A stretch of DNA of 64,000 nucleotides from an uncultured Campylobacter sp. (GCA_963527315.1 CAURQE010000008.1:45970-109969), one strand, 5' to 3'. Counted from the first letter of the stretch, positions 29,886-40,077 are shown. Notes: generated by a model from the sequence alone, not told the origin. Made by a program: numbers and translations.

Positions 29886-30932
29886 TTGACTTTAGAAAGC
29901 GGCATTTTGGATATATTTTTTATCGAATTTAGAGACCCGATTTTCGGTCTCGTGGTGCTAGTCGCCGCGGTGCTCGTGATCGCCGTTTTTAGCTATGCGT
30001 GGGGCGTTTTTAAGGGCAAGGACGAAAAGGCGGAGATCGCGGGATTTTTAAAAAAATTCGGCAAATCTCAAGGCCTGAGCGACGAAAACAAGCAGCTTTT
30101 AATAAACTCGGGCGCAGATACGGCTACGATGTGCTTTTTGGCGGGGACGTTTTCAAAAAGCGGATATTTTGAAAAAGCTATCAACGTCTATGCCGTAGCT
30201 TTAGAGCGGGCTAAAAACCGCGCGGCAAAGGAGCAAATTTTCACCGATCTGGGTCAGACTTATTTTAAGGCGGGCTTTTTAGAGCGCGCAAAGAGCGTGT
30301 TTTTAGAGGCGCTAAAAATCTCTCCGCGAAATCAAATCGCGCTAAAATCCCTAACGATAATTTTCGAAAAACTAAAAGACTATGAGGGCGCGCTACAGGC
30401 TTTGGATGCTTTACAGGAGCTTGGCAGCGACGTGAGAGCGCAGACGGCGTATATCAAGGCACTGCAAATTTTAGCTGATAAAAGCAAGGACGAAGCTGGC
30501 AAAATCGGCGAAATTTTAGCGCTAAAAGATGAATTTGCGCTAGTGCGCCGAATGGCGATGGAGAGGCTAAATTTAAGCGGCTCGGCTCTTAAATATTTTA
30601 GCGATTTCCCGCCGCTAGGAGACGTTTTGGATTTGGTTTATTATCAAAACACGCCCGTAAATTTAACCGATCCCGAGTACAAGAGCCTATTTTTCGTCAA
30701 AGGCATGAGCGACGAGGACGGCGCGCCGCTGGGCTTTGAGTTAGAGGTTTTAAAGAAGCTAAGGGCGGCAAACTACGACAAGGCCGCGCTTAGCTTTAAC
30801 TACGTTTGCAAGAGCTGCAAAAACGCCTTTCCGATGCATTTTTACCGCTGTCCGATGTGTAGCGAATTAGGCAGCGTGCAAATTTTGCCTCACATCACGG
30901 AAAAATCCGATGAAAACAGTATGCCTTTTTAG
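29886..30932 (+). CDS. TPR protein with N-terminal TM helix and C-terminal rubredoxin-like zinc ribbon (LapB/YciM-like architecture)
   Basis: 348 aa. TM 'IFGLVVLVAAVLVIAVFSYAW'. TPR-like repeats. C-terminal 'CKSCKNAFPMHFYRCPMC'. TTG start is uncertain. Confidence 0.6.
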   Translation: MTLESGILDIFFIEFRDPIFGLVVLVAAVLVIAVFSYAWGVFKGKDEKAEIAGFLKKFGKSQGLSDENKQLLINSGADTATMCFLAGTFSKSGYFEKAINVYAVALERAKNRAAKEQIFTDLGQTYFKAGFLERAKSVFLEALKISPRNQIALKSLTIIFEKLKDYEGALQALDALQELGSDVRAQTAYIKALQILADKSKDEAGKIGEILALKDEFALVRRMAMERLNLSGSALKYFSDFPPLGDVLDLVYYQNTPVNLTDPEYKSLFFVKGMSDEDGAPLGFELEVLKKLRAANYDKAALSFNYVCKSCKNAFPMHFYRCPMCSELGSVQILPHITEKSDENSMPF

Positions 30933-31347
30933 CGACGGCTCGTGCCTGGACAACCCCGGCCCCGGCGGCTGGGCGTACATCCTAGAGTACGGCGAGCACA
31001 AAAAAACGGCAAGCGGCGGCGAGGCGCACACGACGAATAATCAAATGGAACTGCGCGCTGCGATCGAGGGGCTAAAGGCGCTCAAACAGCCCTGCCGCGT
31101 AAAGCTCTACACCGATAGCTCATACGTCGCAAACGCCGTAAATGCGTGGCTAGAGGGCTGGGTAAAGAAAAGCTTTAAAAACGTAAAAAACGTCCCGCTG
31201 TGGCAGGAGTATCTGGCCGCTAGCGAGCCGCACGATGTTGAGGCGATCTGGGTCAAAGGCCACGCCGGACACCTGCAAAACGAGCTTTGCGACGAGATGG
31301 CGCGCGAGCAAGCCGTAAAGATCAAAAATAGCTTAAAAGGCGAATAA
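30910..31347 (+). CDS. rnhA: ribonuclease HI
   Basis: 145 aa. 'DGSCLDNPGPGGWAY', 'TNNQMEL', 'VKGHAGH..NE.CD'. Confidence 0.95.
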   Translation: MKTVCLFSDGSCLDNPGPGGWAYILEYGEHKKTASGGEAHTTNNQMELRAAIEGLKALKQPCRVKLYTDSSYVANAVNAWLEGWVKKSFKNVKNVPLWQEYLAASEPHDVEAIWVKGHAGHLQNELCDEMAREQAVKIKNSLKGE

Positions 31348-32015
31348 TGCGAAATTTGGAAGAAAAATTAGGATATAAATTTAAAGACGAAAAGCTGCTA
31401 AAAACCGCGCTCACGCACAAAAGCGTAAAAGGCGGCGCAAACAACGAAAGGCTCGAGTTTTTGGGCGATGCGGTGATGGATCTGGTGATCGGGGATTATC
31501 TTTTTCACAAATTTTCGCGCCTAAGCGAAGGTGATCTAAGCAAACTAAGAGCCGCGCTCGTAAATGAAAAAAGCTTCGCCGAGCTGGCTAAATATCTAAA
31601 TTTGGGCCAACTCATCAACATCTCGCCGGCCGAGGAGCACAACGGCGGACGGCTAAAAGCTTCGATCCTATCAGACGCCTTTGAGGCGCTGATGGGCGCG
31701 ATCTACCTAGAAAGCGGCTTTGACGCCGTGTGCGCGGCTAGCCTAAAAGCCTTTGAGAGATGCTACCCCGATATAAATTTCGACCGCATGGTAAAAGACT
31801 ACAAAACCGCACTGCAAGAGCTAACTCAAGCGCGCTTCGCCGAGATACCAAAATACGTACTAGTGGGCTCAAAAGGCCCCGATCACAAGAAGGAATTTGA
31901 GATCGCGCTAATGCTAAACGAGCGCGAAATCTCGCGAGCCGCGGGCAAGAGCAAAAAAGAAGCCGAGCAAAAAGCCGCCAAAACCGCGCTTGAGATTTTG
32001 GGAGAGGGCAAGTGA
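31347..32015 (+). CDS. rnc: ribonuclease III
   Basis: 222 aa. 'NERLEFLGDAV' signature. C-terminal dsRBD 'GPDHKKEF...GKSKKEAEQKAA'. Confidence 0.95.
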   Translation: MRNLEEKLGYKFKDEKLLKTALTHKSVKGGANNERLEFLGDAVMDLVIGDYLFHKFSRLSEGDLSKLRAALVNEKSFAELAKYLNLGQLINISPAEEHNGGRLKASILSDAFEALMGAIYLESGFDAVCAASLKAFERCYPDINFDRMVKDYKTALQELTQARFAEIPKYVLVGSKGPDHKKEFEIALMLNEREISRAAGKSKKEAEQKAAKTALEILGEGK

Positions 32016-33190
32016 ACACCTTTGGACGCAAACTAACGCTAACGACGTTTGGCGAGAGTCACGGAGTGGCGATCGGCGGCGTGCTAGACGGTTTTCCCGC
32101 AGGCGTGCGTATCGATTTAATTTTTATCCAAAGCGAGCTTGACAAACGAAGGCCGGGCGGCTCGAAATTTGCCACGGCCAGGAGCGAAGGCGACCGCGTC
32201 GAGATTTTAAGCGGTGTGTTTGAAGGTGTCAGCACCGGCACCCCGATCGGCTTTATCATCCGAAACGAAAATCAAAAATCGGGCGATTATGAAAATTTAC
32301 GCGAGCTCTTTCGTCCCGGGCACGCCGACTACGCCTACTACCGCAAATACGGCATCCGCGACCACCGAGGCGGCGGGCGCAGCTCGGCTAGAGAGACGGC
32401 CGTGCGCGTGGCCGGCGGTGCGATAGCTCAAATTTTACTAAATGAGTTTGGCGTCAGCGTGCAAAGCGGCGTGGCTAGCGTGGGCGAAATTTCGTGCGGC
32501 GAGCAGCTGGATTTTGAGCTGGCGGTGCGCTCGGAGATATTTTCGCTAGGTAACGAAGAAGCGATGAAAGAGGAAATCCTAAAAGCCAAGCAGGGGCACG
32601 ACAGCGTCGGAGCTAGCGTCGTAACGGTTATCCGCGGCGCACCGGTGGGGCTTGGCGAGGGGCTATACTATAAATTTGACGCAGTGATCGCGGCTGCGAT
32701 GATGGGTATAAACGGTGTCAAAGCCGTAGAGATCGGCGAAGGCGTAAGTGCTAGCAAGATGCGTGGCAGTGAAAATAACGACTCGATGGGCGCGGCATAT
32801 GCATGCACGGGTGAGCAGGCAAATTTAAACGGCGGCAAATTTGACGAATACAAAAGCGAGGCGGACGGCGCGGCTTGCCGCGGCTCAAATTCGGGCGAGA
32901 AATTCGGATTTGCCTCAAATCACGCAGGCGGAACGCTGGGCGGCATGACGAGCGGGCAAGAGGTCATGATAAAGACGCATTTTAAGCCCACTCCGTCGAT
33001 ATTTTTATCTCAGGCGACGCAAAACGTGCGCGGAGAGGATACTCTCTGCGAACTGCGCGGACGGCACGATCCGTGTATCGGAGTGCGCGGCAGCGTCGTA
33101 GCTACCGCGATGGCTAGACTAGTAACGGCTGATATGCTGCTTTTAAATTTGAGCGCAAATCTAGCGAATTTAAAGAAAATTTACGGCTAA
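32012..33190 (+). CDS. aroC: chorismate synthase (with a roughly 30-40 aa lineage-specific insertion)
   Basis: 392 aa. 'FGESHG', 'RPGHADY', 'GGGRSSARET', 'SNHAGG.LGG...GQ'. Insertion at about 32771-32900. Confidence 0.9.
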   Translation: MNTFGRKLTLTTFGESHGVAIGGVLDGFPAGVRIDLIFIQSELDKRRPGGSKFATARSEGDRVEILSGVFEGVSTGTPIGFIIRNENQKSGDYENLRELFRPGHADYAYYRKYGIRDHRGGGRSSARETAVRVAGGAIAQILLNEFGVSVQSGVASVGEISCGEQLDFELAVRSEIFSLGNEEAMKEEILKAKQGHDSVGASVVTVIRGAPVGLGEGLYYKFDAVIAAAMMGINGVKAVEIGEGVSASKMRGSENNDSMGAAYACTGEQANLNGGKFDEYKSEADGAACRGSNSGEKFGFASNHAGGTLGGMTSGQEVMIKTHFKPTPSIFLSQATQNVRGEDTLCELRGRHDPCIGVRGSVVATAMARLVTADMLLLNLSANLANLKKIYG

Positions 33191-33239
33191 CTCCAAGATA
33201 AACCGCGCCCCAAACGAAGCGTAGCAAAACGGACGCTCC

Positions 33240-33511
33240 ATGCGTGAAATTTGCGAGGATTTTTGCGCGCGCTTGGACGAGCCAGCCGTAAATTTCGGCT
33301 ACAAATACGTAAAATCACGCCGTGAAATTTATAAAAATCGGACATTTTCATGCGCGGCAAAGACGTTTGGCGAATTTATATCTGCGATATAAACGGCGTA
33401 ACGGACGCATTTGATATAAAAAATATTTCGCATGGTGGCTTAGAAAATTTGCTCGCTGACGCTACAAAACATCTAAAATTTATGCAAGAAATCATAGAAA
33501 AAAGAGCGTGA
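33240..33511 (+). pseudogene. possible frameshifted remnant of a small gene (two overlapping protein-like ORFs of 50 and 53 aa)
   Basis: Hand translation. 33240-33392 gives 'MREICEDFCARLDEPAVNFGYKYVKSRREIYKN...'. 33350-33511, in another frame, gives 'MRGKDVWRIYICDINGVTDAFDIKNISHGGLENLLADATKHLKFMQEIIEKRA'. Both are below the 60-aa cutoff of the track. Confidence 0.3.
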
Positions 33512-33993
33512 CAAGGAGCTATGAGCGCGTAAATTTAGACTCTTGAACCCTAACGGCAAGAAAAAATATATCCTCAAAAAGAGCTCACCGAGCAGCTCGC
33601 CCCAAACGGACTACAAAGCGCGAAAATCTAAGCCTTGGCGCGATATATATGCGGATAAGTCGGTTGATAGCGTTTAGGAGGATTTTGTAGATTTTTTACA
33701 ATATCTCGCGCAAAATAGGCTAAATTCGCCTTTTTTTACGCTTAAATTTATGATTTTCGGGCTTAAAGCCCAAATTTAGTCGCCCAGCGCGCAAGCGATT
33801 TTGCGGCTCTAGCGCGGACTATCGCGCGGAGCGCGGAGTGCTAGCAAAGCGGTTGCGAGATTAAATTTACGCCGATTTACGCGGGTATGCCAGTATCCGC
33901 GTTTTTATTTTCTCGTCCTTTTAAAATAAAATCAAAAATCAGCCTATTTTTTGCCTAAAATTTGTAAAATTAGCCCAAAAAAAAGGATAAAAA

Positions 33994-36648
33994 ATGAGCC
34001 AAAAAACGCTAACGATCATCGACACTTTCGGATTTTTTTTCAGACTTTACTACGCGATGAGCGGACTAAAAAACCGCGAAGGCAAGCCAAGCGGCATGGT
34101 GAGCGGCTTTGCTAGCTTTATCATGAATTTGCGCCAGGAGTTTGCCAGCGACTACATCATCTTCGCGCTAGATAGTAAGGGCAAGACGCTGCGCCACGAG
34201 ATCCTAGGCGAGTATAAAGCCAACCGCTCCGAGCCGCCAGCCGCGCTAAAAGAGCAGCTGCCCGTGTGTATCGAAATGATAGAAAAAATGGGTCTAGCCG
34301 CAGTGAGCCGCGAAGGCTACGAGGCCGACGACATCATCGCTAGCGTCGTAAAGGAGTGTAAGCAGAGGGATATATTCGTACGCATAGTGACGCACGATAA
34401 AGACCTATATCAGCTCATCGAGGACGGCAAGGTAAGCATCTATAGCCCCCAAAGCAAGATCGACCACGATAGCGCGAGCTGCATAGAAAAATACGGCGTT
34501 CCGCCAAGTTGCATACGCGATTTTCTCGCGATCGCGGGCGATAGCTCGGATAATATCCCCGGCGTCAAAGGCATCGGCGCAGTGGGCGCAAAAAAGCTGC
34601 TAAACGAATTTGGCAGCTTAGAAGGCATCTACGAAAATCTGCCGCTAGTGCGAAACGAACGTATCCGCGGGATACTGGCAGAAGGCCGAGAGAGCGCGTT
34701 TTTGAGCAAGCGCTTAACCTCGCTCTTTGACGACGTGCCTGACGTGCTAGATCTAAAAAGGGCGGAATTTCCCGAGCAAAATCCGCTCGTAAAGGTCGCC
34801 GATACTCTGCGAGAATACGATATAAACCGCCTCTTAAAAGCGTTGCAAAATAGCGAAAATGCAGGCGAAAACGCGGAATTTAAGCTCGGCTTTAACGCGC
34901 GGCTTTTAACGGACGAGGGCGAGATCGAGCGACTGCTGGCAAATATAGACGCGGACACGCTCGTGGCCTTTGACACCGAGACTACGGACGTCGATACGCA
35001 AAACGCCCGTCTGGTCGGCTTTAGCTTTTGCTTTAACGACGAGGAGGCCTACTACGTGCCGGTGGCGCACGAGTATCTGGGCGTGCCAAAGCAGACGAGC
35101 GAGAAATTTGCCGCCTGGGCGATAGGGCAAATTTACAAAGGCTGCGTGATCGGGCAAAATTTAAAGTACGATTTTAAGGTCGTAAAGCGAAATTTGGGGC
35201 TCGAGCCGCCCGTAAATTTTAAAGATACGATGATACTAGCCTGGCTCATGGATCCGGGTTCAAGCGTGGGTATGGACGCGCTAGCCAAGCGGCTCTACGA
35301 CTACGACACGATCAAATTTGAAGACGTGGTAAAGCGAGGCGAGACCTTCGCGTCCGTGGCGCTGGAAAACGCGGCAAAATACGCCGCCGAGGATGCTTGG
35401 ATAACTCTCAAATTTTACAAAAGCTTTTTAAATTTACTAGACCCCGAGCTGCTCGCGCTTGCCGATAATCACGAGTTTCCTTTCATACTCACGCTTTTTG
35501 ATATGGAGCGCGAGGGCATCGCGATAAACCGCGAAAAAATGCAAAATTTGATCCTAAAAAACGACGCTAAGATCAAGGCTTTAACAGCTGAAATTTACGA
35601 GCTAACGGGCGAAAATTTTAATATCAACTCCGTTAAACAGCTAGGAGAAGTGCTGTTTGAGCACCTAAAACTACCCGTAAAGAAAAAGACAAAAACGGGC
35701 TACAGCACCGACGAGGCCGTGCTAGCCGAGCTCATAGAGGAGCATCCCGTCATCCCTAAACTACTCGAGTACCGCGAGCTATATAAGCTGCAAAGCACCT
35801 ACTGCGAACCGCTGCTAAATTTAGCTAAAAAAGACGCTAATAGCAGGATATACACGAACTTTATCCAGACTGGAACGAGCACGGGCAGGCTCTCGTCTAA
35901 AAACCCGAATCTGCAAAATATCCCGGCTCGAGGCAGCCTGGCAAAAGACGTGCGAGGCTGCTTTGAGGCAAAAAGCGGCTTTAGTTTCGTGGGCCTTGAC
36001 TACTCGCAGATCGAGTTGCGACTGCTCGCGCATTTTAGCCGCGACGAGGCGCTTTTGCGGGCGTTTGCGAACGACGAGGACATCCACGCGCGCACGGCGA
36101 TTAGTATATTCGGCAGTGCAGAGGGGCAAAACCGCGCAGTGGCTAAGAGTATAAATTTCGGCCTCATCTACGGCATGGGCTCGAGCAAGTTGGCAAATCA
36201 GGTAAGCATCACGCGCGCCGAGGCAAAGGAGTATATCGAGCGCTATTTTAAAGCTTTCCCTACGATAAAGGGCTTTTTAGAAGGGATAAAAACCGCGGCC
36301 AAAAACGAGGGCTTCGTGCGCACGCTGCTAGGTAGGAAGCGGCTGTTTGACTTTACAACCGCGACGCCGATGCAAACGGCGATGTACGAGCGCGAGGCGG
36401 TAAATACGATATTTCAAGGCTCGGCTGCCGATATCATCAAGATGGCGATGGTAAAAATCCGTCCGCTTTTAGACGAGCGCGCTAGAATGCTTTTGCAGAT
36501 ACACGACGAGCTGATTTTCGAGGTGCAGGACGGCTATGCGCAGGAGTTCGGCGCGGCGGCGCAAAAGATAATGCAAGAAATTTACAAACTAAACTTACCG
36601 CTAAAAACGAGCCTAAACGTGGCGAAGGATTGGGGCGAGCTGAAGTGA
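33994..36648 (+). CDS. polA: DNA polymerase I
   Basis: 884 aa. 5'-nuclease, 3'-5' exonuclease ('FDTETT') and polymerase ('DYSQIELRLLAH', 'QIHDELIFE') domains. Confidence 0.97.
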   Translation: MSQKTLTIIDTFGFFFRLYYAMSGLKNREGKPSGMVSGFASFIMNLRQEFASDYIIFALDSKGKTLRHEILGEYKANRSEPPAALKEQLPVCIEMIEKMGLAAVSREGYEADDIIASVVKECKQRDIFVRIVTHDKDLYQLIEDGKVSIYSPQSKIDHDSASCIEKYGVPPSCIRDFLAIAGDSSDNIPGVKGIGAVGAKKLLNEFGSLEGIYENLPLVRNERIRGILAEGRESAFLSKRLTSLFDDVPDVLDLKRAEFPEQNPLVKVADTLREYDINRLLKALQNSENAGENAEFKLGFNARLLTDEGEIERLLANIDADTLVAFDTETTDVDTQNARLVGFSFCFNDEEAYYVPVAHEYLGVPKQTSEKFAAWAIGQIYKGCVIGQNLKYDFKVVKRNLGLEPPVNFKDTMILAWLMDPGSSVGMDALAKRLYDYDTIKFEDVVKRGETFASVALENAAKYAAEDAWITLKFYKSFLNLLDPELLALADNHEFPFILTLFDMEREGIAINREKMQNLILKNDAKIKALTAEIYELTGENFNINSVKQLGEVLFEHLKLPVKKKTKTGYSTDEAVLAELIEEHPVIPKLLEYRELYKLQSTYCEPLLNLAKKDANSRIYTNFIQTGTSTGRLSSKNPNLQNIPARGSLAKDVRGCFEAKSGFSFVGLDYSQIELRLLAHFSRDEALLRAFANDEDIHARTAISIFGSAEGQNRAVAKSINFGLIYGMGSSKLANQVSITRAEAKEYIERYFKAFPTIKGFLEGIKTAAKNEGFVRTLLGRKRLFDFTTATPMQTAMYEREAVNTIFQGSAADIIKMAMVKIRPLLDERARMLLQIHDELIFEVQDGYAQEFGAAAQKIMQEIYKLNLPLKTSLNVAKDWGELK

Positions 36649-36877
36649 AATTTTATGCTTTGAGCGCTCAGTAAAGCGTATTTTATTTCGAGGCGTAAAA
36701 AGCGCATTTGGTTGAGTTTTATAGACAAAGCGGGGTTAAATTTAGCTATAATTTCCGCTTGAAATTTAACCCAAACGCGACATAGGCCTGGAGCGTAAAT
36801 TTGAAACGATTCGGGCGCTAAAATCGCAAAATCGGTTAATTTTGAAGCAAAATTAAAAAGTTCAAGAAAGAAAACCG

Positions 36878-38047
36878 ATGAATGTCCATAAAATAGCTTA
36901 CGCGAGAGTTATCGCGTTAGCGTTTGCCGCCTTTATTTTTAACACGACGGAATTTATCCCCGTGGCTCTGCTAAGCGACATCGCGGCGGATTTTAGCATG
37001 GACGCTACTAGTGTAGGCCTCATAATCACCGTCTACGCGTGGGCGGTGAGTATCCTTTCGTTACCGCTAATGCTGCTAACCTCAAAGCTCGAGCGCAAGA
37101 GATTGCTTTTGCAACTTTTCGTGCTATTTGCGCTAAGTCACGTCCTGGCCGCCATTGCGTGGAATTTTACCGTTTTGGTAATCGCGCGCCTTGGCATCGC
37201 GATTTCGCACGCGATCTTTTGGTCGATCACCTCATCGCTCGTCGTGCGCCTGGCGCCGATAAATAAAGGCTCGCAGGCTATCGGCATGCTGGCTCTTGGG
37301 ACATCGCTAGCCATGGTTTTGGGGCTTCCTTTGGGACGCGTGGTCGGCGAGCTTTTGGGTTGGAGGATTACGTTTTTTGCGATCGGCGCGCTTGCGGCGG
37401 CGGAGGCGCTGTTTCTTTGGAAAATTTTACCGTTTTTACCAAGCCGCCGCGCGGGCTCTCTTGCGAGCTTGCCGATGCTTGCAAGGCGCCCGATGTTGCT
37501 TGCTTTGTATCTACTGACGTTTTTGATCGTAGGCGCGCATTTTACGACCTACAGCTACGTCGAGCCCTTCGTGGCGAAATTTAATCCCGCGGGCGATCAC
37601 TTCGTAACCTACGTCCTGCTTGCATTCGGTGCTTCGGGAATCGCCGCAAGCGTGCTTTTTTCAAAGCTTTATCGCCATTTTCCAAACGCCTTTTTAATCT
37701 GCTCGATCCTCTTTATCATAGTCTCGGCGCTGACGCTAAAAGCTTTTGTCGCAAATGACGCGGCGCTGCTGCTCGCGGCTTTCGTCTGGGGAGTGGGGAT
37801 TTTCGGCTTCGGGCTTTGTTTGCAGATTAGGGTTTTGGCGCTGGCTCCGGATGCTACCGATGTCGCGATATCGATCTACTCGGCGATCTATAACGTAGGC
37901 ATCGGCGGCGGAGCGCTTTTGGGGCATCAGATCGCAACGAGATTCGGGCTTGAACACATAGGTGAGGCGGGCGCGATACTGGGCGCGCTAGGGCTTGCAA
38001 GCTACCTCTACACAAGCGTGAAATTCGCGCAGAAAAATAGTGCGTAG
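36878..38047 (+). CDS. MFS sugar efflux transporter, SotB-like
   Basis: 389 aa. N-terminus 'ALAFAAFIFNTTEFIPVALLSDIAADFSM...ITVYAW' is close to what I recall of E. coli SotB/YdeA. Confidence 0.75.
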   Translation: MNVHKIAYARVIALAFAAFIFNTTEFIPVALLSDIAADFSMDATSVGLIITVYAWAVSILSLPLMLLTSKLERKRLLLQLFVLFALSHVLAAIAWNFTVLVIARLGIAISHAIFWSITSSLVVRLAPINKGSQAIGMLALGTSLAMVLGLPLGRVVGELLGWRITFFAIGALAAAEALFLWKILPFLPSRRAGSLASLPMLARRPMLLALYLLTFLIVGAHFTTYSYVEPFVAKFNPAGDHFVTYVLLAFGASGIAASVLFSKLYRHFPNAFLICSILFIIVSALTLKAFVANDAALLLAAFVWGVGIFGFGLCLQIRVLALAPDATDVAISIYSAIYNVGIGGGALLGHQIATRFGLEHIGEAGAILGALGLASYLYTSVKFAQKNSA

Positions 38048-38649
38048 GCTAAATTTGCGAAAGTGCTTCGGCGAAATTAACGCACGCTTTTAATCGGCGC
38101 TTTAAAAGGGCGGCTTTGCTGGTTTAAATTTTTAAAATTTATCCACGCGACTAGCTAAATTTTGCAGATAAAATTTAATCTCGCGCTTGGCTCTGCCGGC
38201 TATTTTATTAATCACGCTATCTCTGCCCAAAGCCTCTTAAAATTTAGCGACAACACGCAAGAAATTAAAACAAGGGCCGCTTAAATTTAGCTACTTTATA
38301 AACCCGACCCGCGGTAAAATTTCAGCCAAAGCAGCGTAATTATATTTTCGTTTGCGCCGTAAAGATGCGGGTTTAAGGCGGCTAGCAAAAGACTAAACCT
38401 AGCCAAATCGGTAAAATCGCCGCAAAGCCTAAATTTAGTATTCGTCGCTGCGAGCAAAGCGGAGGTCTGAGAGGAGATCGCTTTGCTTGCGCGCTTATGG
38501 GCTAAAACTAGATCAAAACGAGACCGCTAATCTGCCGAATTTACACACATTATAAAATGAAACTAAAATTTCAAATCTAATTTAGATATTTTAAAAACAA
38601 ATTTCGGTAATATTGCATTAAGTAAAAATTTTATCCGAAAGGAGCTGTT
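38048..38649. other. ORF-free AAATTT-rich spacer, then an AT-rich promoter region for the GntP-family gene
   Basis: No ORF of 60 aa or more. RBS AAAGGAG at 38638-38644 precedes the ATG at 38650. Confidence 0.6.
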
Positions 38650-40077
38650 ATGAGCGGTATTGCTCTCATCGTCTGCTTCGTCATCGCGGTCGTCGTTATG
38701 ATTGTGCTGATTTCTAAGTTTGGGGTTCACCCCTTTATAGCGATCATGCTCGTCTCGCTAGCTCTAGCCGTCGTAGCGGGCATCGACCTGGTCAAAATCC
38801 CCGCTATCATCGGAGAGGGATTTAGCGGGATATTTAAAAGCATAGGCATCGTCATCATCCTTGGCGCACTCATCGGTATGGCGCTGGAAAAGACGGGTGC
38901 GGCGCTAAAGCTAGCCGATATGGTCGTGCGCTGCGTAGGCTACAAGCGCCCTGAGCTAGCCATGCTCATCATTGGTTGGATCGTGGGTATCCCGGTCTTT
39001 TGCGATAGCGGCTTTGTGGTACTAGATCCGATCCGCCGCGCGATAAAGGAAAAGATCGGCGCCAACCCCGTAGCTATGGCCGTCGCGCTCTCGTGCGGCC
39101 TATATACCTCGCACGTGTTTATACCGCCGACGCCGGGCCCCATAGCGGCCGCCGGAGCCGTGGGCGTGGGGCACAACCTGCTGCTAGTCATCGCCGTGGG
39201 CGCGGTAGTTTCGATACCGGTTCTCATCGCGGGCTATCTTTTCGCTAAAACCATCGGCACAAAAGTGAGCCTAAAGGAAGATCTTGCCAATGTGGGCAAG
39301 AGCTACGACGAGATCATCAAAGAGCACGGCAAACTGCCTTGCGCGTTTTTGAGCTTGGCGCCGATTTTTGTGCCGATTTTGCTGATGGCTTTCGGTTCTC
39401 TTTTTAATATTTTAAATAAAAAGGGGTTTTTCGTCACCTTCGTCGCTCCGGACATTTTAGAAAAAGATCCATCGGCGACGGCATGGTTCGTAAAGGTTAT
39501 ATTATTTATGGGAGATCCTGTAATCGCGCTTGGCGTAGGCGTGCTATTTGCCGTTATCTTGCTGGCCGAAACGGGCAAACTAGGCGAATTTAACCATATG
39601 ACTAACGAAACGCTAAAGATCGTCGGACCGATCCTTTTCATCACGGCTGCGGGTAGCGTGCTAGGTAACGTCATCGCTAAAGCCGGCTTTGTCGAGTTTA
39701 TGAAAGCAAACGCCCATCTCATCGGCACCGTGGGTATATTTTTCCCGTTTGTTATCTCCGCTATCATCAAGACCGCTCAGGGCAGCTCGACCGTGGCGCT
39801 TACGACGACGGCCTCTATCATGGGACTTTTCACCGATAGCGGCTCGATGATGAGCGCGCTGGGGCTAACTAGCGAGATGGGCGCTGTGCTAACGGTGATG
39901 GCGATCGCTGCGGGCGCGATGACGGTTTCGCACGCTAACGATAGCTATTTCTGGGTCGTTACGAACTTTAGCAAGATGTCGCCGGAGCAGGGCTACAAGA
40001 CCCAGACGATGCTTACATTTATAATGGGTATCGTGGGTATGGCGAGCGTTTGGGTAGCGTCGCTTATTTTGCTTTAA
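38650..40077 (+). CDS. GntP-family (gluconate/glycerate:H+) permease
   Basis: 475 aa, polytopic. 'GIPVFCDSGFVVL' and 'AAGSVLG' resemble conserved GntP segments. Confidence 0.8.
   Translation: MSGIALIVCFVIAVVVMIVLISKFGVHPFIAIMLVSLALAVVAGIDLVKIPAIIGEGFSGIFKSIGIVIILGALIGMALEKTGAALKLADMVVRCVGYKRPELAMLIIGWIVGIPVFCDSGFVVLDPIRRAIKEKIGANPVAMAVALSCGLYTSHVFIPPTPGPIAAAGAVGVGHNLLLVIAVGAVVSIPVLIAGYLFAKTIGTKVSLKEDLANVGKSYDEIIKEHGKLPCAFLSLAPIFVPILLMAFGSLFNILNKKGFFVTFVAPDILEKDPSATAWFVKVILFMGDPVIALGVGVLFAVILLAETGKLGEFNHMTNETLKIVGPILFITAAGSVLGNVIAKAGFVEFMKANAHLIGTVGIFFPFVISAIIKTAQGSSTVALTTTASIMGLFTDSGSMMSALGLTSEMGAVLTVMAIAAGAMTVSHANDSYFWVVTNFSKMSPEQGYKTQTMLTFIMGIVGMASVWVASLILL

Noticed and set aside
33206-33606. 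11-nt direct repeat CGCCCCAAACG flanking about 390 bp as a possible target-site duplication of a mobile element
   Set aside because: No transposase, terminal inverted repeats or integrase are present. A chance 11-mer match within 800 bp is not negligible. It is mentioned only inside the gene-remnant finding.
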